Shown here one piece after another: positions 35,742-45,002 of a stretch of DNA of 64,000 bases (position 1 is the first letter of the stretch; each line of letters begins with the position of its first letter). Origin of the DNA: an uncultured Verrucomicrobiae bacterium (GTDB lineage Bacteria > Verrucomicrobiota > Verrucomicrobiia > Palsa-1439); assembly GCA_963712025.1 (NCBI GenBank), contig CAVQGJ010000011.1, forward strand, positions 455,929-519,928, written 5' to 3'. Below the pieces are notes generated by a model. It did no database searches and was not told the DNA's origin. It worked only from the letters and a program-made list of their open reading frames with translations. A program made the translations under genes and the position numbers.

Positions 35742-37967
35742 ATGACCAATTTCCGGATTCTGGCGACCATTGTCCTCATCGGGTTTCTCAGTTCCCGCTG
35801 TGACGCCTTCACGAACTTCGTCGCGTGGACCCAACTTTACGGCTTCACCGGCGGCGCCGATGGTGGGCTCCCGGAATCCTGGCTCATTCAGGCCAGCGAC
35901 GGGAATTTCTACGGCACGGCGTCCCAGGGCGGCGCCAACAACTCCGGCACCGTGTTCCGTCTGACCATGGGCGTGACAAACATCGTCGGGACGATAACGA
36001 ACCTTGCGACGGTGACGACCTTGTACAGTTTCACGGGCGGCGATGACGGAGCCACCCCGGTCGCCGGGCTCTTCCAGGGCACCGACAGCAATTTCTACGG
36101 AATGACGACGCGCGGCGGCGTCAACGATACTGGCACGGTGTTTCAGATCACGCCTGACGGGACATTGACCACTTTGCATGGCTTCACCGGCGGCGCCGAC
36201 GGCGGCTATCCGCTGGGTGGGGTCATCCAGGGCAGTGACGGGAATTTCTACGGGACGACGTCCCAAGGCGGCGCGAACAACACCGGCACCGTATTCCAGA
36301 TCACCCCGGCCGGGACATTCACCACCTTGTATTCGTTTTCCGGCGGCACCGATGGCGCCATCCCGGCAGCCGGTCTGGTTCAAGGCACGGACAGCAATTT
36401 CTATGGAACAACTTCGATCGGCGGCTCGAACACCTACGGCACGGTGTTTTCGATTAGTTCCAACGGCGCGTTCACGTCGATCTATCAGTTTAACAAAGCC
36501 GACGGCAGATACCCCGCCGCGGCGCTCATCCAAAGCTCCTCGGACGGATATTTCTACGGGACGACTCCCCTCGGCGGGAACCGTGGCGAAGGGACGGCCT
36601 TCAAGGTCAGCTCGCAAGGGACGTTTACCACACTCTTCGACTTTGGCGGGTCGGACGGCGAACGGCCCGGCTCGTCTCTCCTGCAAGCCAGGGACGGTTT
36701 GTTTTACGGTACGACCTTCCTCGGGGGGTACCGCTACGGCACGCTGTTCCAGATGAACTCGAATGGCGTGTTCAACACCGGAAATGGCGGGGCCAACACC
36801 CTGGGCCGTTTCCTCGGTGACGTCCTGGGGGGCGTTCCGTACGCGGCCCTCGTCCAGGGCGCCGATAACTATTTTTATGGAACGACGGGCTACGGCGGGC
36901 CCGGTCTCCACGGCACGGTGTTCCGATTCACGGCGTTCCCGGGTGGAACCTATACCGGTCTCGCTACGCAAACCAACGACCTCACCGCGGCCAGTTCCGG
37001 CTTTCTCAATCTCAGCCTCCGGTTCACAGGATATTTCACGGCCAGGCTCACGATGGGGAATAAATCGTCGATGTTTAATGGAACGCTTAATCCTTCGGGC
37101 ACTACAACGAACTTCGTCACTCCCAGCGGCCAGAACCCGCTTCAGGTTGTATTCCAACTGAATAACGGCGGCGGCGGAACCAATGAAATCGACGGCACCG
37201 TCTCGAATGGAGTGTTCACGTCCGAGTTTCTGACGGATGCCGCGGGCGTGTTCGTCAACACGAATCCGTGTCCACAGTTCGGCAAATTCACCTTCATCAT
37301 CGCTCCGGCCAACACTAATGACACGAGCGTTCCCCAGGGATTCGGCTACGGAACGCTGACCGTCGCGAGGTTCGGCAAGGTGAACCTGCACGGCGTCCTC
37401 GGTGACGGCACTCCGTTCCGAGCCAACGGCCCCATCTCCAGCATCGGCACCTTCCCAATCTACGACCTCCTCTACAATGGAAAGCTCGGCTCCGTCCTCG
37501 GACGCATCAGCTTCCCCGCCACGAACGCGTTCGGCGCGACCCTGGATTGGTTCAAACCACCCGCCACGTCCAGCAACGGCTTCTACCCACGCGGGTTCAC
37601 GACCAGCCCGACCTTACAGGGCGCCGCTTACATCACGCCGACGAAGACGAACAGCCTGATCGTCGCCGGCCCCGCCCAGGTCACCCTCGCGGGCGGCAAC
37701 CTGTCGAGCAACATCGTCAAGGACGTGCTCATCGACTCCAATGGAGTCGTCACTGTCACCAATCCCGGCCCCGACAACCTGTCTTTCGGCATCGCGCTAT
37801 CCACTGGTCTGTTCAGCGGCGGCTTCACCAACCAGGACATCAACAAGATCGTGTTCTTCACCGGCTACCTGCTTCAGACCAACCAACTTGAGACCAGCCA
37901 AATTGGCGCCGGCCTCTTCTTCGGAACCAATCAAACCGGCTACGTCCTCATCCAACCCGCTCCCTGA
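35742..37967 (+). CDS. secreted GloVer (Gloeo_Verruco) tandem-repeat protein
   Basis: Signal peptide MTNFRILATIVLIGFLSS. At least 8 repeats of the form FTGGxDGxxPxxxLxQxxDGNFYGTTxxGGxNxxGTVFxI. Confidence 0.8.
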   Translation: MTNFRILATIVLIGFLSSRCDAFTNFVAWTQLYGFTGGADGGLPESWLIQASDGNFYGTASQGGANNSGTVFRLTMGVTNIVGTITNLATVTTLYSFTGGDDGATPVAGLFQGTDSNFYGMTTRGGVNDTGTVFQITPDGTLTTLHGFTGGADGGYPLGGVIQGSDGNFYGTTSQGGANNTGTVFQITPAGTFTTLYSFSGGTDGAIPAAGLVQGTDSNFYGTTSIGGSNTYGTVFSISSNGAFTSIYQFNKADGRYPAAALIQSSSDGYFYGTTPLGGNRGEGTAFKVSSQGTFTTLFDFGGSDGERPGSSLLQARDGLFYGTTFLGGYRYGTLFQMNSNGVFNTGNGGANTLGRFLGDVLGGVPYAALVQGADNYFYGTTGYGGPGLHGTVFRFTAFPGGTYTGLATQTNDLTAASSGFLNLSLRFTGYFTARLTMGNKSSMFNGTLNPSGTTTNFVTPSGQNPLQVVFQLNNGGGGTNEIDGTVSNGVFTSEFLTDAAGVFVNTNPCPQFGKFTFIIAPANTNDTSVPQGFGYGTLTVARFGKVNLHGVLGDGTPFRANGPISSIGTFPIYDLLYNGKLGSVLGRISFPATNAFGATLDWFKPPATSSNGFYPRGFTTSPTLQGAAYITPTKTNSLIVAGPAQVTLAGGNLSSNIVKDVLIDSNGVVTVTNPGPDNLSFGIALSTGLFSGGFTNQDINKIVFFTGYLLQTNQLETSQIGAGLFFGTNQTGYVLIQPAP

Positions 37968-38016
37968 GCGAACCGGCCTTTTCGGATTTCCGACGATAGC
38001 CGCTCGCGCCCCGCCC

Positions 38017-38748
38017 CTACCCTTCCAACTGCTTCAAATCAATCCGTCCGTCGTACAGCGCTTTGCCGATGACCACGCCCACGAGGTTGGGAAGGTGTTC
38101 CGCGAGGTGTCGCAGACGGAGAACATCGTCGAGACCCCCAATCCCGCCGCTGGCGATCACGTTGCAGGTGACGGCACCGCAGACCGAGGTAATCGCGCTG
38201 TAATTCGGCCCCGTCAACATCCCGTCCGTTGATACGTCCGTGAAAATGATGTTCTGGACGCCGAGCCGGGTCACCTGCTGGGCAAATTCATTCGCCGTGA
38301 GCTTCGTTTTCTCCGTCCAGCCTTTCACCGCAACAAAACCGTCGCGCGCGTCGATGCCCACGACGATCCGGGTGTGAAAATCCTGGACCAGCGCACTGAC
38401 GAAATCCGTCGAGCCGCACGCCGAGGTGCCCAGCACCACCCGGGTGACGCCCATCTGCAACGCCTCCTCGACTTGCGAGCGGCGACGCAGACCCCCGCCG
38501 AGTTGAATCGGAATCTGCACGGCCCGGAGGATCGCCCGGACTCCGTCCCAATTGCGTGGTTCGCCTTCGAACGCGCCGTCCAGATCGACGACGTGCAGGT
38601 ACCGCGCCCCGTCGTCCTCCCAGCGCTTCGCCACTGCGCCGGGATCCTCGCTGTACACCGTGGCCGCCTCGGCGCGTCCCTGTTGCAAACGCACCACCTT
38701 TCCACCCTTCAGGTCGATGGCGGGAAAAATCAGAAAAGGTCTTTTCAT
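38017..38748 (-). CDS. hisA: HisA, ProFAR isomerase
   Basis: 243 aa. FPAIDLKGGKVVRLQQG..GGGLR..ASGGIG. Confidence 0.85.
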   Translation of the reverse strand: MKRPFLIFPAIDLKGGKVVRLQQGRAEAATVYSEDPGAVAKRWEDDGARYLHVVDLDGAFEGEPRNWDGVRAILRAVQIPIQLGGGLRRRSQVEEALQMGVTRVVLGTSACGSTDFVSALVQDFHTRIVVGIDARDGFVAVKGWTEKTKLTANEFAQQVTRLGVQNIIFTDVSTDGMLTGPNYSAITSVCGAVTCNVIASGGIGGLDDVLRLRHLAEHLPNLVGVVIGKALYDGRIDLKQLEG

Positions 38749-38756
38749 AAGGGATA

Positions 38757-38784
38757 CAGAAGTCAGGAGACAGTAGACAGAATG
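38757..38784. repeat. inverted-repeat arm (3' side of the four-helix-bundle ORF)
   Basis: CAGAAGTCAGGAGACAGTAGACAGAATG. 23 of 28 positions are complementary to 39129-39156, and the terminal 10 are perfect. Confidence 0.7.
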
Positions 38785-39131
38785 GCCGAGGCGTAAGCGT
38801 CTAACAATCGGCTCACCTCATCAAGTTCGGTTTGCAGTTCGTCCGTTTTCCCGTAGCCCAAGTCGGCCGCAAGGATCAAATAGTATCGGCATTCCTCCAA
38901 CGACCCTTGGGCGGTGTTCATAAAACGCGCCTTGTCAGCGCGCCCCTTTTTCTTGAAACCTTCGGCGATGTTGGCTGGGACGGATACCGCTGCACGCCGC
39001 ATCTGTCGAGCCAGACCATATGTTTCGGCGTTGGGAAAATTACCGCTGAATCGATAGAGCGCCAGCACCAATTCATGTGCCTTTTGCCAGACAATCAAAT
39101 CCCGAAAGGACTTGGACGGCGGGCGGTTCAT
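38763..39131 (-). CDS. four-helix-bundle protein (23S rRNA intervening-sequence protein family)
   Basis: 122 aa. MNRPPSKSFRDLIVWQKAHELVLALYRFSGNFPNAETYGLARQMRRAAVSVPANIAEGFKK..SLEECRYYLILAADLGY. The ATG overlaps the hisH stop (ATGA). Confidence 0.85.
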   Translation of the reverse strand: MNRPPSKSFRDLIVWQKAHELVLALYRFSGNFPNAETYGLARQMRRAAVSVPANIAEGFKKKGRADKARFMNTAQGSLEECRYYLILAADLGYGKTDELQTELDEVSRLLDAYASAILSTVS

Positions 39132-39775
39132 TCTGTCTCCTGTCTTCTGTCTCCTGTCTTCTTGCCTAAGCCGACGAAATTTTCCAACATCTTCAATCCA
39201 ACGCCCTGCGATTTCTCGGGGTGAAACTGGGTCGCGTACACGTTGCGCGTCCAGAGCATCGAGCAGAACTCGATCCCGTACTCCGTCGTGCCGCAAACGA
39301 CCGATGCTTCTTTCGGCTTGCAGTAGTAGCTGTGCACGAAATACACGCGGCTGCCGTCAGCCACGCCGTCGAGCAACGGACAGCCCGGCTTTCGGATTTG
39401 GAGTTGGTTCCAGCCCATGTGCGGCACCTTCAGGCCGTTGGCCCCGACTCGGAGTCGGGGCACCGTGCCGGGGAACACCGCCAATCCGCGCACGCCCGCC
39501 GTCTCCTCGCTCGACTCGAACAACGCTTGAAACCCGAGGCAAATCCCGAGGAACGGTCGCTTCGTCCCGATAAAATCGCGGATCGCGCCGGTCAGCCCCG
39601 CCTTCTCCAGGTTCGCCATGCAATCCCCGAACGCGCCGACGCCCGGCAGCACCACGGCGTCCGCCGCCAGCACCGACGGGGCGTCGCTGACGATGTGCAC
39701 GTCGGCCCCGACCCGCGCCAGCGCTTTCTCCACGCTCCGCAGGTTGCCCATTCCGTAATCAACAAGCGCAATCAT
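39128..39775 (-). CDS. hisH: HisH, imidazole glycerol phosphate synthase glutamine amidotransferase subunit
   Basis: 215 aa from ATG 39775. MIALVDYGMGNLRSV..LPGVGAFG..GICLGFQALF..HSYY..FHPEKS. Confidence 0.85.
   Translation of the reverse strand: MIALVDYGMGNLRSVEKALARVGADVHIVSDAPSVLAADAVVLPGVGAFGDCMANLEKAGLTGAIRDFIGTKRPFLGICLGFQALFESSEETAGVRGLAVFPGTVPRLRVGANGLKVPHMGWNQLQIRKPGCPLLDGVADGSRVYFVHSYYCKPKEASVVCGTTEYGIEFCSMLWTRNVYATQFHPEKSQGVGLKMLENFVGLGKKTGDRRQETE
39129..39156. repeat. inverted-repeat arm (5' side; also encodes the hisH C-terminal tail and the SD and ATG of the inserted ORF)
   Basis: CATTCTGTCTCCTGTCTTCTGTCTCCTG. Contains a tandem GACAGGAGACAGAA unit on the minus strand. Confidence 0.7.
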
Positions 39776-39822
39776 CCCGTCCGACACAATAGCGAAAACT
39801 CGCTCAGAGGGGAAGCTCCGCC

Positions 39823-41200
39823 TCACGGCACCGGACGCCGCGGCAGCAGCCGGCTGATCGCCCGGCTCGGCGTTTTCACCAGCAGTTCGCGCAAGAACGC
39901 ATCGGTCGTCATCGCGCGGGCCTCCGAGACACGGCTGCGTAGCGCCACGGCGACCGTCATGCCGACCGCCATCGCCGCGTACAACAGGCTGTACTGGTTC
40001 CATTGCCATCGCGACCACGAACCGCCCCAACCCGCCAGGGCATCGAGCAGGATCCCCCAGAAAATCGGGAAGATGCCCGATATCAAGCTCGTCACCACGG
40101 TGTACAACGCAAAAAAATGACTCCGCCCCATCTGCCGGCACCGACGCCATCACCAGCCGCGTGTTCGCGAGGTTGAACGCCCCCATGCCGATGGCCGATG
40201 TGGTTTGAACCAGGATGATTGCCAGCAGTCCGAACGGCAATACGTGCGCCGCCACCGAACACCAGAGGCTCAGGTGCACCACCAAGGTCGCCGTCGCCAG
40301 TCCCAGCAGCGGACGGCTCCCCACCCGGTCCACCAGACGGCCGAATCCCCACAGGCACGCCGCGCTCACGAAGCTCCACAACACCATCATTCCCAGGATC
40401 AGGGAATCGGTTGCCGCAAACGAGTCGCGCAACAACGGAATCCAGATGACGCCCGCGCCCGCTATGGAAAACAACAGCACCGCGTTGTAGACCATCAACC
40501 TGAAGAACGGCGGATGAAACAGCATCTCTTTGTAGGGCACGTTCTCCGGGCTGGCCGCCGTCGGCGGCACCGGCACGTCCGGAATGCGCCGCAGGAACCA
40601 CAGGCTCAGAAGAATCGCCACAAAACCCCCAGCAAACAGCAGCCCGTACGCGTACTTCGCTTCTGGCGCCTTCAGGTAGATCGTCGAGATGATCATCGTC
40701 CCCAACGTCGCCAGCGCCGCCGACGTTTGATCGCCCGACACGTACCGACCGCGCACTTCCTCGGGAATCCAGTGGGTCATCCACGGCAAATATCCGCACA
40801 GCGAGATGCCGCGCGACGCGTTGAACGCGAACAACAGAAACAGCAACAGCGAGATCCGCGTCATCGGGTCGATTTTCCCCGGCAGCATCGCCACACCCGC
40901 GATCCCGAGTATGAACGCGCTCCGTAGCGTCCACCCCCGCACCACGAACGCCCGATACCCCATCTTCTCCACGAACTGCGCGGCGGGAATCTGGAGGATG
41001 TTCATCAGCGACGGCAGCGCCACGACGATCCCCAACACCGTTGCCGACGCCCCCAGCTTCTTGAAATACAGAAGCATCGGCGTGCTCGTCATCATCGTGA
41101 ATGACGCCGTGTTGAACACTTGGAACAAATACGCATTCCACACTCCCTCGGGCATCCGGGCGGGCGCGTGCAAGGTCCGTTGGGTCTCGACTTCTGTCAC
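39823..41200 (-). CDS. MFS transporter (one frame break)
   Basis: About 12 TM helices. The N-terminal ~355 aa lie in ORF 39128..41200, and the C-terminus (MGRSHFFALYTVVTSLISGIFPIFWGILLDAL..) lies in ORF 39823..40131. The break is at about 40128-40140. Confidence 0.65.
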
Positions 41201-41311
41201 GAGATCAAGTGATGGAGAACTTTGCCGGCCCGGTCAACACAATTGATTTTGACCGGCGCGGTGGGAGCCGCATACGATGCAACAGCGTGGAGTGACCGTG
41301 GCGACGTGCTT

Positions 41312-42592
41312 CTACGCCGCGTCTTTCGATTGCTTCTTGCGGATGAGGGGTTCGCGTTTGCCGTCGACAACGCCGCGGTTGATGGTGACTTCGGCGATGT
41401 CGTCGCGCGACGGGATCTCGTACATCAAATCGAGCATGAGCTTTTCCAGCAGCGATCGCAGCGCGCGCGCGCCCGTCCCCTTCTTCAAGGCCGCCTCGGC
41501 CAACGCCTGCAGCGCGTCCTTGGTGAAATTCAGGTGCACGCCTTCCATCGCGAACAGCTTACTGTACTGCTTGATCATCGCGTTCTTCGTCTCGGTGAGA
41601 ATGGCGATCAACTCGGGCTCGGTCAACTCGCGGAGCACCGATACCACCGGCAGCCGCCCGACAAACTCGGGGATCATCCCGAATTTCAGCAGGTCTTCCG
41701 GCTCGACGCGCTCATTGACGTTGCCGCGCTCCGACACAGACTGGGGCTCGTCCTCTTTCCCAAACCCCAACGCGTGCCCGCCAATGCGGCGCTGGACGAT
41801 CTTGTCCAAACCGATAAACGCGCCGCCGCAGATGAACAAAATGTGCTCGGTATTGACCTGGATGTATTCCTGATGTGGGTGCTTGCGACCGCCCTGCGGC
41901 GGCACATTGCACGTGGTGCCTTCCAGGATTTTGAGCAACGCCTGTTGCACGCCTTCGCCGGAAACGTCGCGGGTGATGCTGGCCGAATCGCTCTTGCGCC
42001 CGATCTTGTCAATCTCATCGATATACACGATGCCCAGCTCGGCGCGTTTCACGTCGTAATCGGCGTTCTGCAGCAATCGCAGGATGATGTTCTCAACGTC
42101 TTCACCGACGTAGCCCGCCTCGGTCAGCGTCGTGGCATCGGCGATGCAAAACGGCACATCGAGCACGCGCGCCAGCGTCCGCGCCAGCAGCGTCTTGCCG
42201 GACCCGGTCGGGCCGATCAGCAGAATGTTGCTCTTCTCGATCTCAACGTCGCGATGCTCGTCCAGCTTGACCGATTTGTCGGAACTCCCGCCGTCCTGCT
42301 GGATGCGCTTGTAGTGGTTGTGAACGGCCACCGCAATGCTCTTCTTGGCGCCCTCCTGCCCGACGACATACTGGTCCAGCTCGCGACGGATCTCGGCCGG
42401 CTTGGGGACACTCAGCTTGAAACCGGACGCGTGCTTGCCTTTCGAATTACCGAGTTCCTTGTCGAGGATGCTCTTGCAGACGGTAATGCAGTTGTCGCAG
42501 ATGTACACGCCCGGACCGGCAATGAGCTTGCGCACTTCCCCGTGGGTCTTCCCACAGAAGCTGCACATCGTCAGGTTGGTCGGTCGAGCCAT
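41312..42592 (-). CDS. clpX: ATP-dependent Clp protease ATP-binding subunit ClpX
   Basis: 426 aa. Zn ribbon CSFCGK..CDNC. Walker [12 protein letters not shown]. Confidence 0.95.
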   Translation of the reverse strand: MARPTNLTMCSFCGKTHGEVRKLIAGPGVYICDNCITVCKSILDKELGNSKGKHASGFKLSVPKPAEIRRELDQYVVGQEGAKKSIAVAVHNHYKRIQQDGGSSDKSVKLDEHRDVEIEKSNILLIGPTGSGKTLLARTLARVLDVPFCIADATTLTEAGYVGEDVENIILRLLQNADYDVKRAELGIVYIDEIDKIGRKSDSASITRDVSGEGVQQALLKILEGTTCNVPPQGGRKHPHQEYIQVNTEHILFICGGAFIGLDKIVQRRIGGHALGFGKEDEPQSVSERGNVNERVEPEDLLKFGMIPEFVGRLPVVSVLRELTEPELIAILTETKNAMIKQYSKLFAMEGVHLNFTKDALQALAEAALKKGTGARALRSLLEKLMLDLMYEIPSRDDIAEVTINRGVVDGKREPLIRKKQSKDAA

Positions 42593-42600
42593 GGACTTTC

Positions 42601-43227
42601 CTAGGCGGCTTTCTCCGGTTTCTTCTCGGGATCGCGCCGAGATTTGACCACGTCATCGACGAGTCCGTAATCACGCGATTCCGCCGCGGACATGAAGAAG
42701 TCGCGGTCCGTATCCTTCGCAATCGTCTCAATCGGTTTGCCGGTGTGCAGCGAGAGGATTTCATTCAGACGGTCGCGCATCCGCAATATCTCTCTTGCCT
42801 GGATGCTGATGTCCGAAGCCTGGCCCTGCACGCCGCCCCAGGGTTGATGGATCATGATGCGCGCGTTGGGCAGCGCGAACCGTTTGCCCTTCGAGCCGGC
42901 CGCCAGCAGCACCGCCGCCATGCTCGCCGCCTGGCCGACGCAATAGGTCGTCACGTCGCACTTCACGAACTGGATGGTGTCGTAGATCGCCAGCCCAGAC
43001 GTGACCGAGCCGCCCGGCGAATTCACGTAGAGATTGATGTCCTTGGCCGGCTCCTCGGACTGGAGGTACAGCATCTGCGCGATGATGACGTTGGCGACAT
43101 TGTCGTCAATGGGGGTCCCGATGAACACGATGCGGTCCTTCAGCAACCGCGAATAGATGTCGTAACCGCGTTCACCACGACCGGTCTGCTCCACCACCAT
43201 CGGCACTAGTATCTGGGCTTTGTCCAT
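42601..43227 (-). CDS. clpP: ATP-dependent Clp protease proteolytic subunit ClpP
   Basis: Start moved to ATG 43227 ([29 protein letters not shown]..). Catalytic-site context GQAASMAA. Confidence 0.9.
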   Translation of the reverse strand: MDKAQILVPMVVEQTGRGERGYDIYSRLLKDRIVFIGTPIDDNVANVIIAQMLYLQSEEPAKDINLYVNSPGGSVTSGLAIYDTIQFVKCDVTTYCVGQAASMAAVLLAAGSKGKRFALPNARIMIHQPWGGVQGQASDISIQAREILRMRDRLNEILSLHTGKPIETIAKDTDRDFFMSAAESRDYGLVDDVVKSRRDPEKKPEKAA

Positions 43228-43296
43228 TTGCGTTCCTTTAGTGTTGAATAGTAGCACTTCCCTTGCCGTCTGCAACCGGCTTCCGCTCGGGCTACG

Positions 43297-44608
43297 TCAC
43301 GATTCCGTGACGACCTCGACCTTGGCGTTGTCCACCAGGAAATCCAGGGTCTTGCCGACCAGGATCTGTTCCTCGACCTCGCCCAGACCGCCTTTTTCGG
43401 CCAGTTGGGCTTTCAGGCGCGCCGGCGTCGTGCGGGAACGCTGCGCCATTTGCCGGATCCGCTCCTCGACTTCGGCCTCCTCGACCTTGATCTTCTCGGC
43501 GGCGGCAATCGCGTCGAGGATGAACGACGTGCGCAACCGGTCCTTGGCGCTCTTGGCCGCGAACCCGTAGATTTCATTCTTCTTTTCTTCGAGCTGTTCC
43601 TTGGTCGCCCCGCGCAGGCTGTTCTCGCGGACGACATCGTAAATAATGCTGCGGGTCTCCTGCTGGACAAGCGACTCGGGAAGTTCAAACTCGACCTTGG
43701 ACAGCAGGTGCTCGATCACCTGGCGGCGCGCGTCGGACTCCTGTTGCTCCTCCACCTCGCCTTCCAGGCTCTTGCGGACGTTCTCCTTGAGCTTGGCGAG
43801 GCTGTCCATGCCGAGCTTCTTGGCAAACTCGTCCCCGAGTTCCGGCAGCTTCTTCTCCTTCACACGCAACAACATCGACAAAATAGGTCGCTTTCTTGCC
43901 GGCCAGCGGTGCTTGTGGGAAGTCCTTGGGAAAATCGATCAACACCTGGCGCTTCTCGCCGGCATTGGCTCCAACGAGCTGATCGCAAAAGCCCGGCAGG
44001 AACGAATCCGAGGAGATCAGCAGCCAGAAATCCTTGTTCTCCCCCAGCCCTTTGGCGTCCGGTGACAGTTCGCCTATGGGTTTGCCGTCCGCCACGCCGG
44101 TGTAATTGACCACCGCGAAATCGCCGGTCTTGAGGCTGCGGCCTTGCACGTCGACAAAATCCGCCTGCTGATCCCGCAACGTGTCGAGCGACTTGTCAAC
44201 GTCCTCCTCCTTCACCGCGATCGTCTTCTTCTTCACCGAAATCCCCTTGTACTCCGGTAGCGGAAATTCCGGGGCCGTGTCGACCGTGGCGGTGTAGACC
44301 AGCGGGCGACCGGGTTGGTATTCGACACCGTCGATCTTCGGGTAGCCCACGACCTTCAAGTTCTGATCGTGCAGGGCCTCGCGATAGCTCTCGGGAATCA
44401 GCCGTTTGCGCAGTTCCTCGTCGATCTGGCCCGCATAGCGTTTCTCGACCATCGGTTCCGGCGCTTTGCCTGGACGAAACCCGGGAATCGTGGCCACCTT
44501 GCGGAATTCCTGTAAAATCTCGGCGCGGGTGCCCGCGACACGCTCGGCGGCAATCTCGACTCGTAGCGTTTTGCGGCACGGCGCGGCATTCTCGATCGTA
44601 ACAGCCAT
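43297..44608 (-). CDS. tig: trigger factor (one frame break)
   Basis: N-terminal part MAVTIENAAPCRKTLRVEI..FRPGKAP.. in ORF 43685..44608. C-terminal part ..LLRVKEKKLPELGDEFAKKLG.. in ORF 43297..43881. The break is at about 43865-43880. tig-clpP-clpX synteny. Confidence 0.85.
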
Positions 44609-44883
44609 TGGTCTTTAATCTCCCCCCATCGTTAGGTCATCCACCGTATAGAATGGCGATGAAGCGCGCAAGTCGCAAAGTTGCGCCGTGCCGGGCATTG
44701 GTTTGTGGGCAATTTTGAGACTCCGAAAGGGAACGCCGCGTCTTTTTTGTCCGTTTCGGCCAAAATCGGCCCCATCGACCCTGGATTTGGCGCTTTTGGC
44801 ACCGTTGGCACCGACCCTGCTAACCTAACATTCACCCTATACCACACCATACCTCGTCGAAGGCGCTTCTCCACGCCAGTCGA

Positions 44884-44920
44884 CAAAAGAGGCCGAGGCC
44901 CCAAACCTCGGCCTCACCCT
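44884..44920 (-). terminator. intrinsic terminator downstream of mgtA
   Basis: Minus strand GAGGCCGAGG-UUUGGGG-CCUCGGCCUC followed by UUUUGUCG. Confidence 0.65.
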
Positions 44921-45002
44921 TTTGGGGGATCGGCGCCACGGACAATTTACCCGCGTGATCGGTTCCTCGCTGGGATCCGCCCTTGCCGCCAGCACCCGAC
45001 CA

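Noticed and set aside
35742-37967. Repeat structure in the 742-aa secreted protein
   Set aside because: The repeats are protein-level GloVer units with diverged DNA. This is not a mobile or regulatory DNA repeat.
39128-41200. 690-aa ORF suggesting an MFS-HisH fusion protein
   Set aside because: The middle ~100 aa are compositionally aberrant. The true MFS C-terminus lies in another frame, and hisH has its own ATG at 39775. This is an artefact of a frame break plus an open GC-rich frame.
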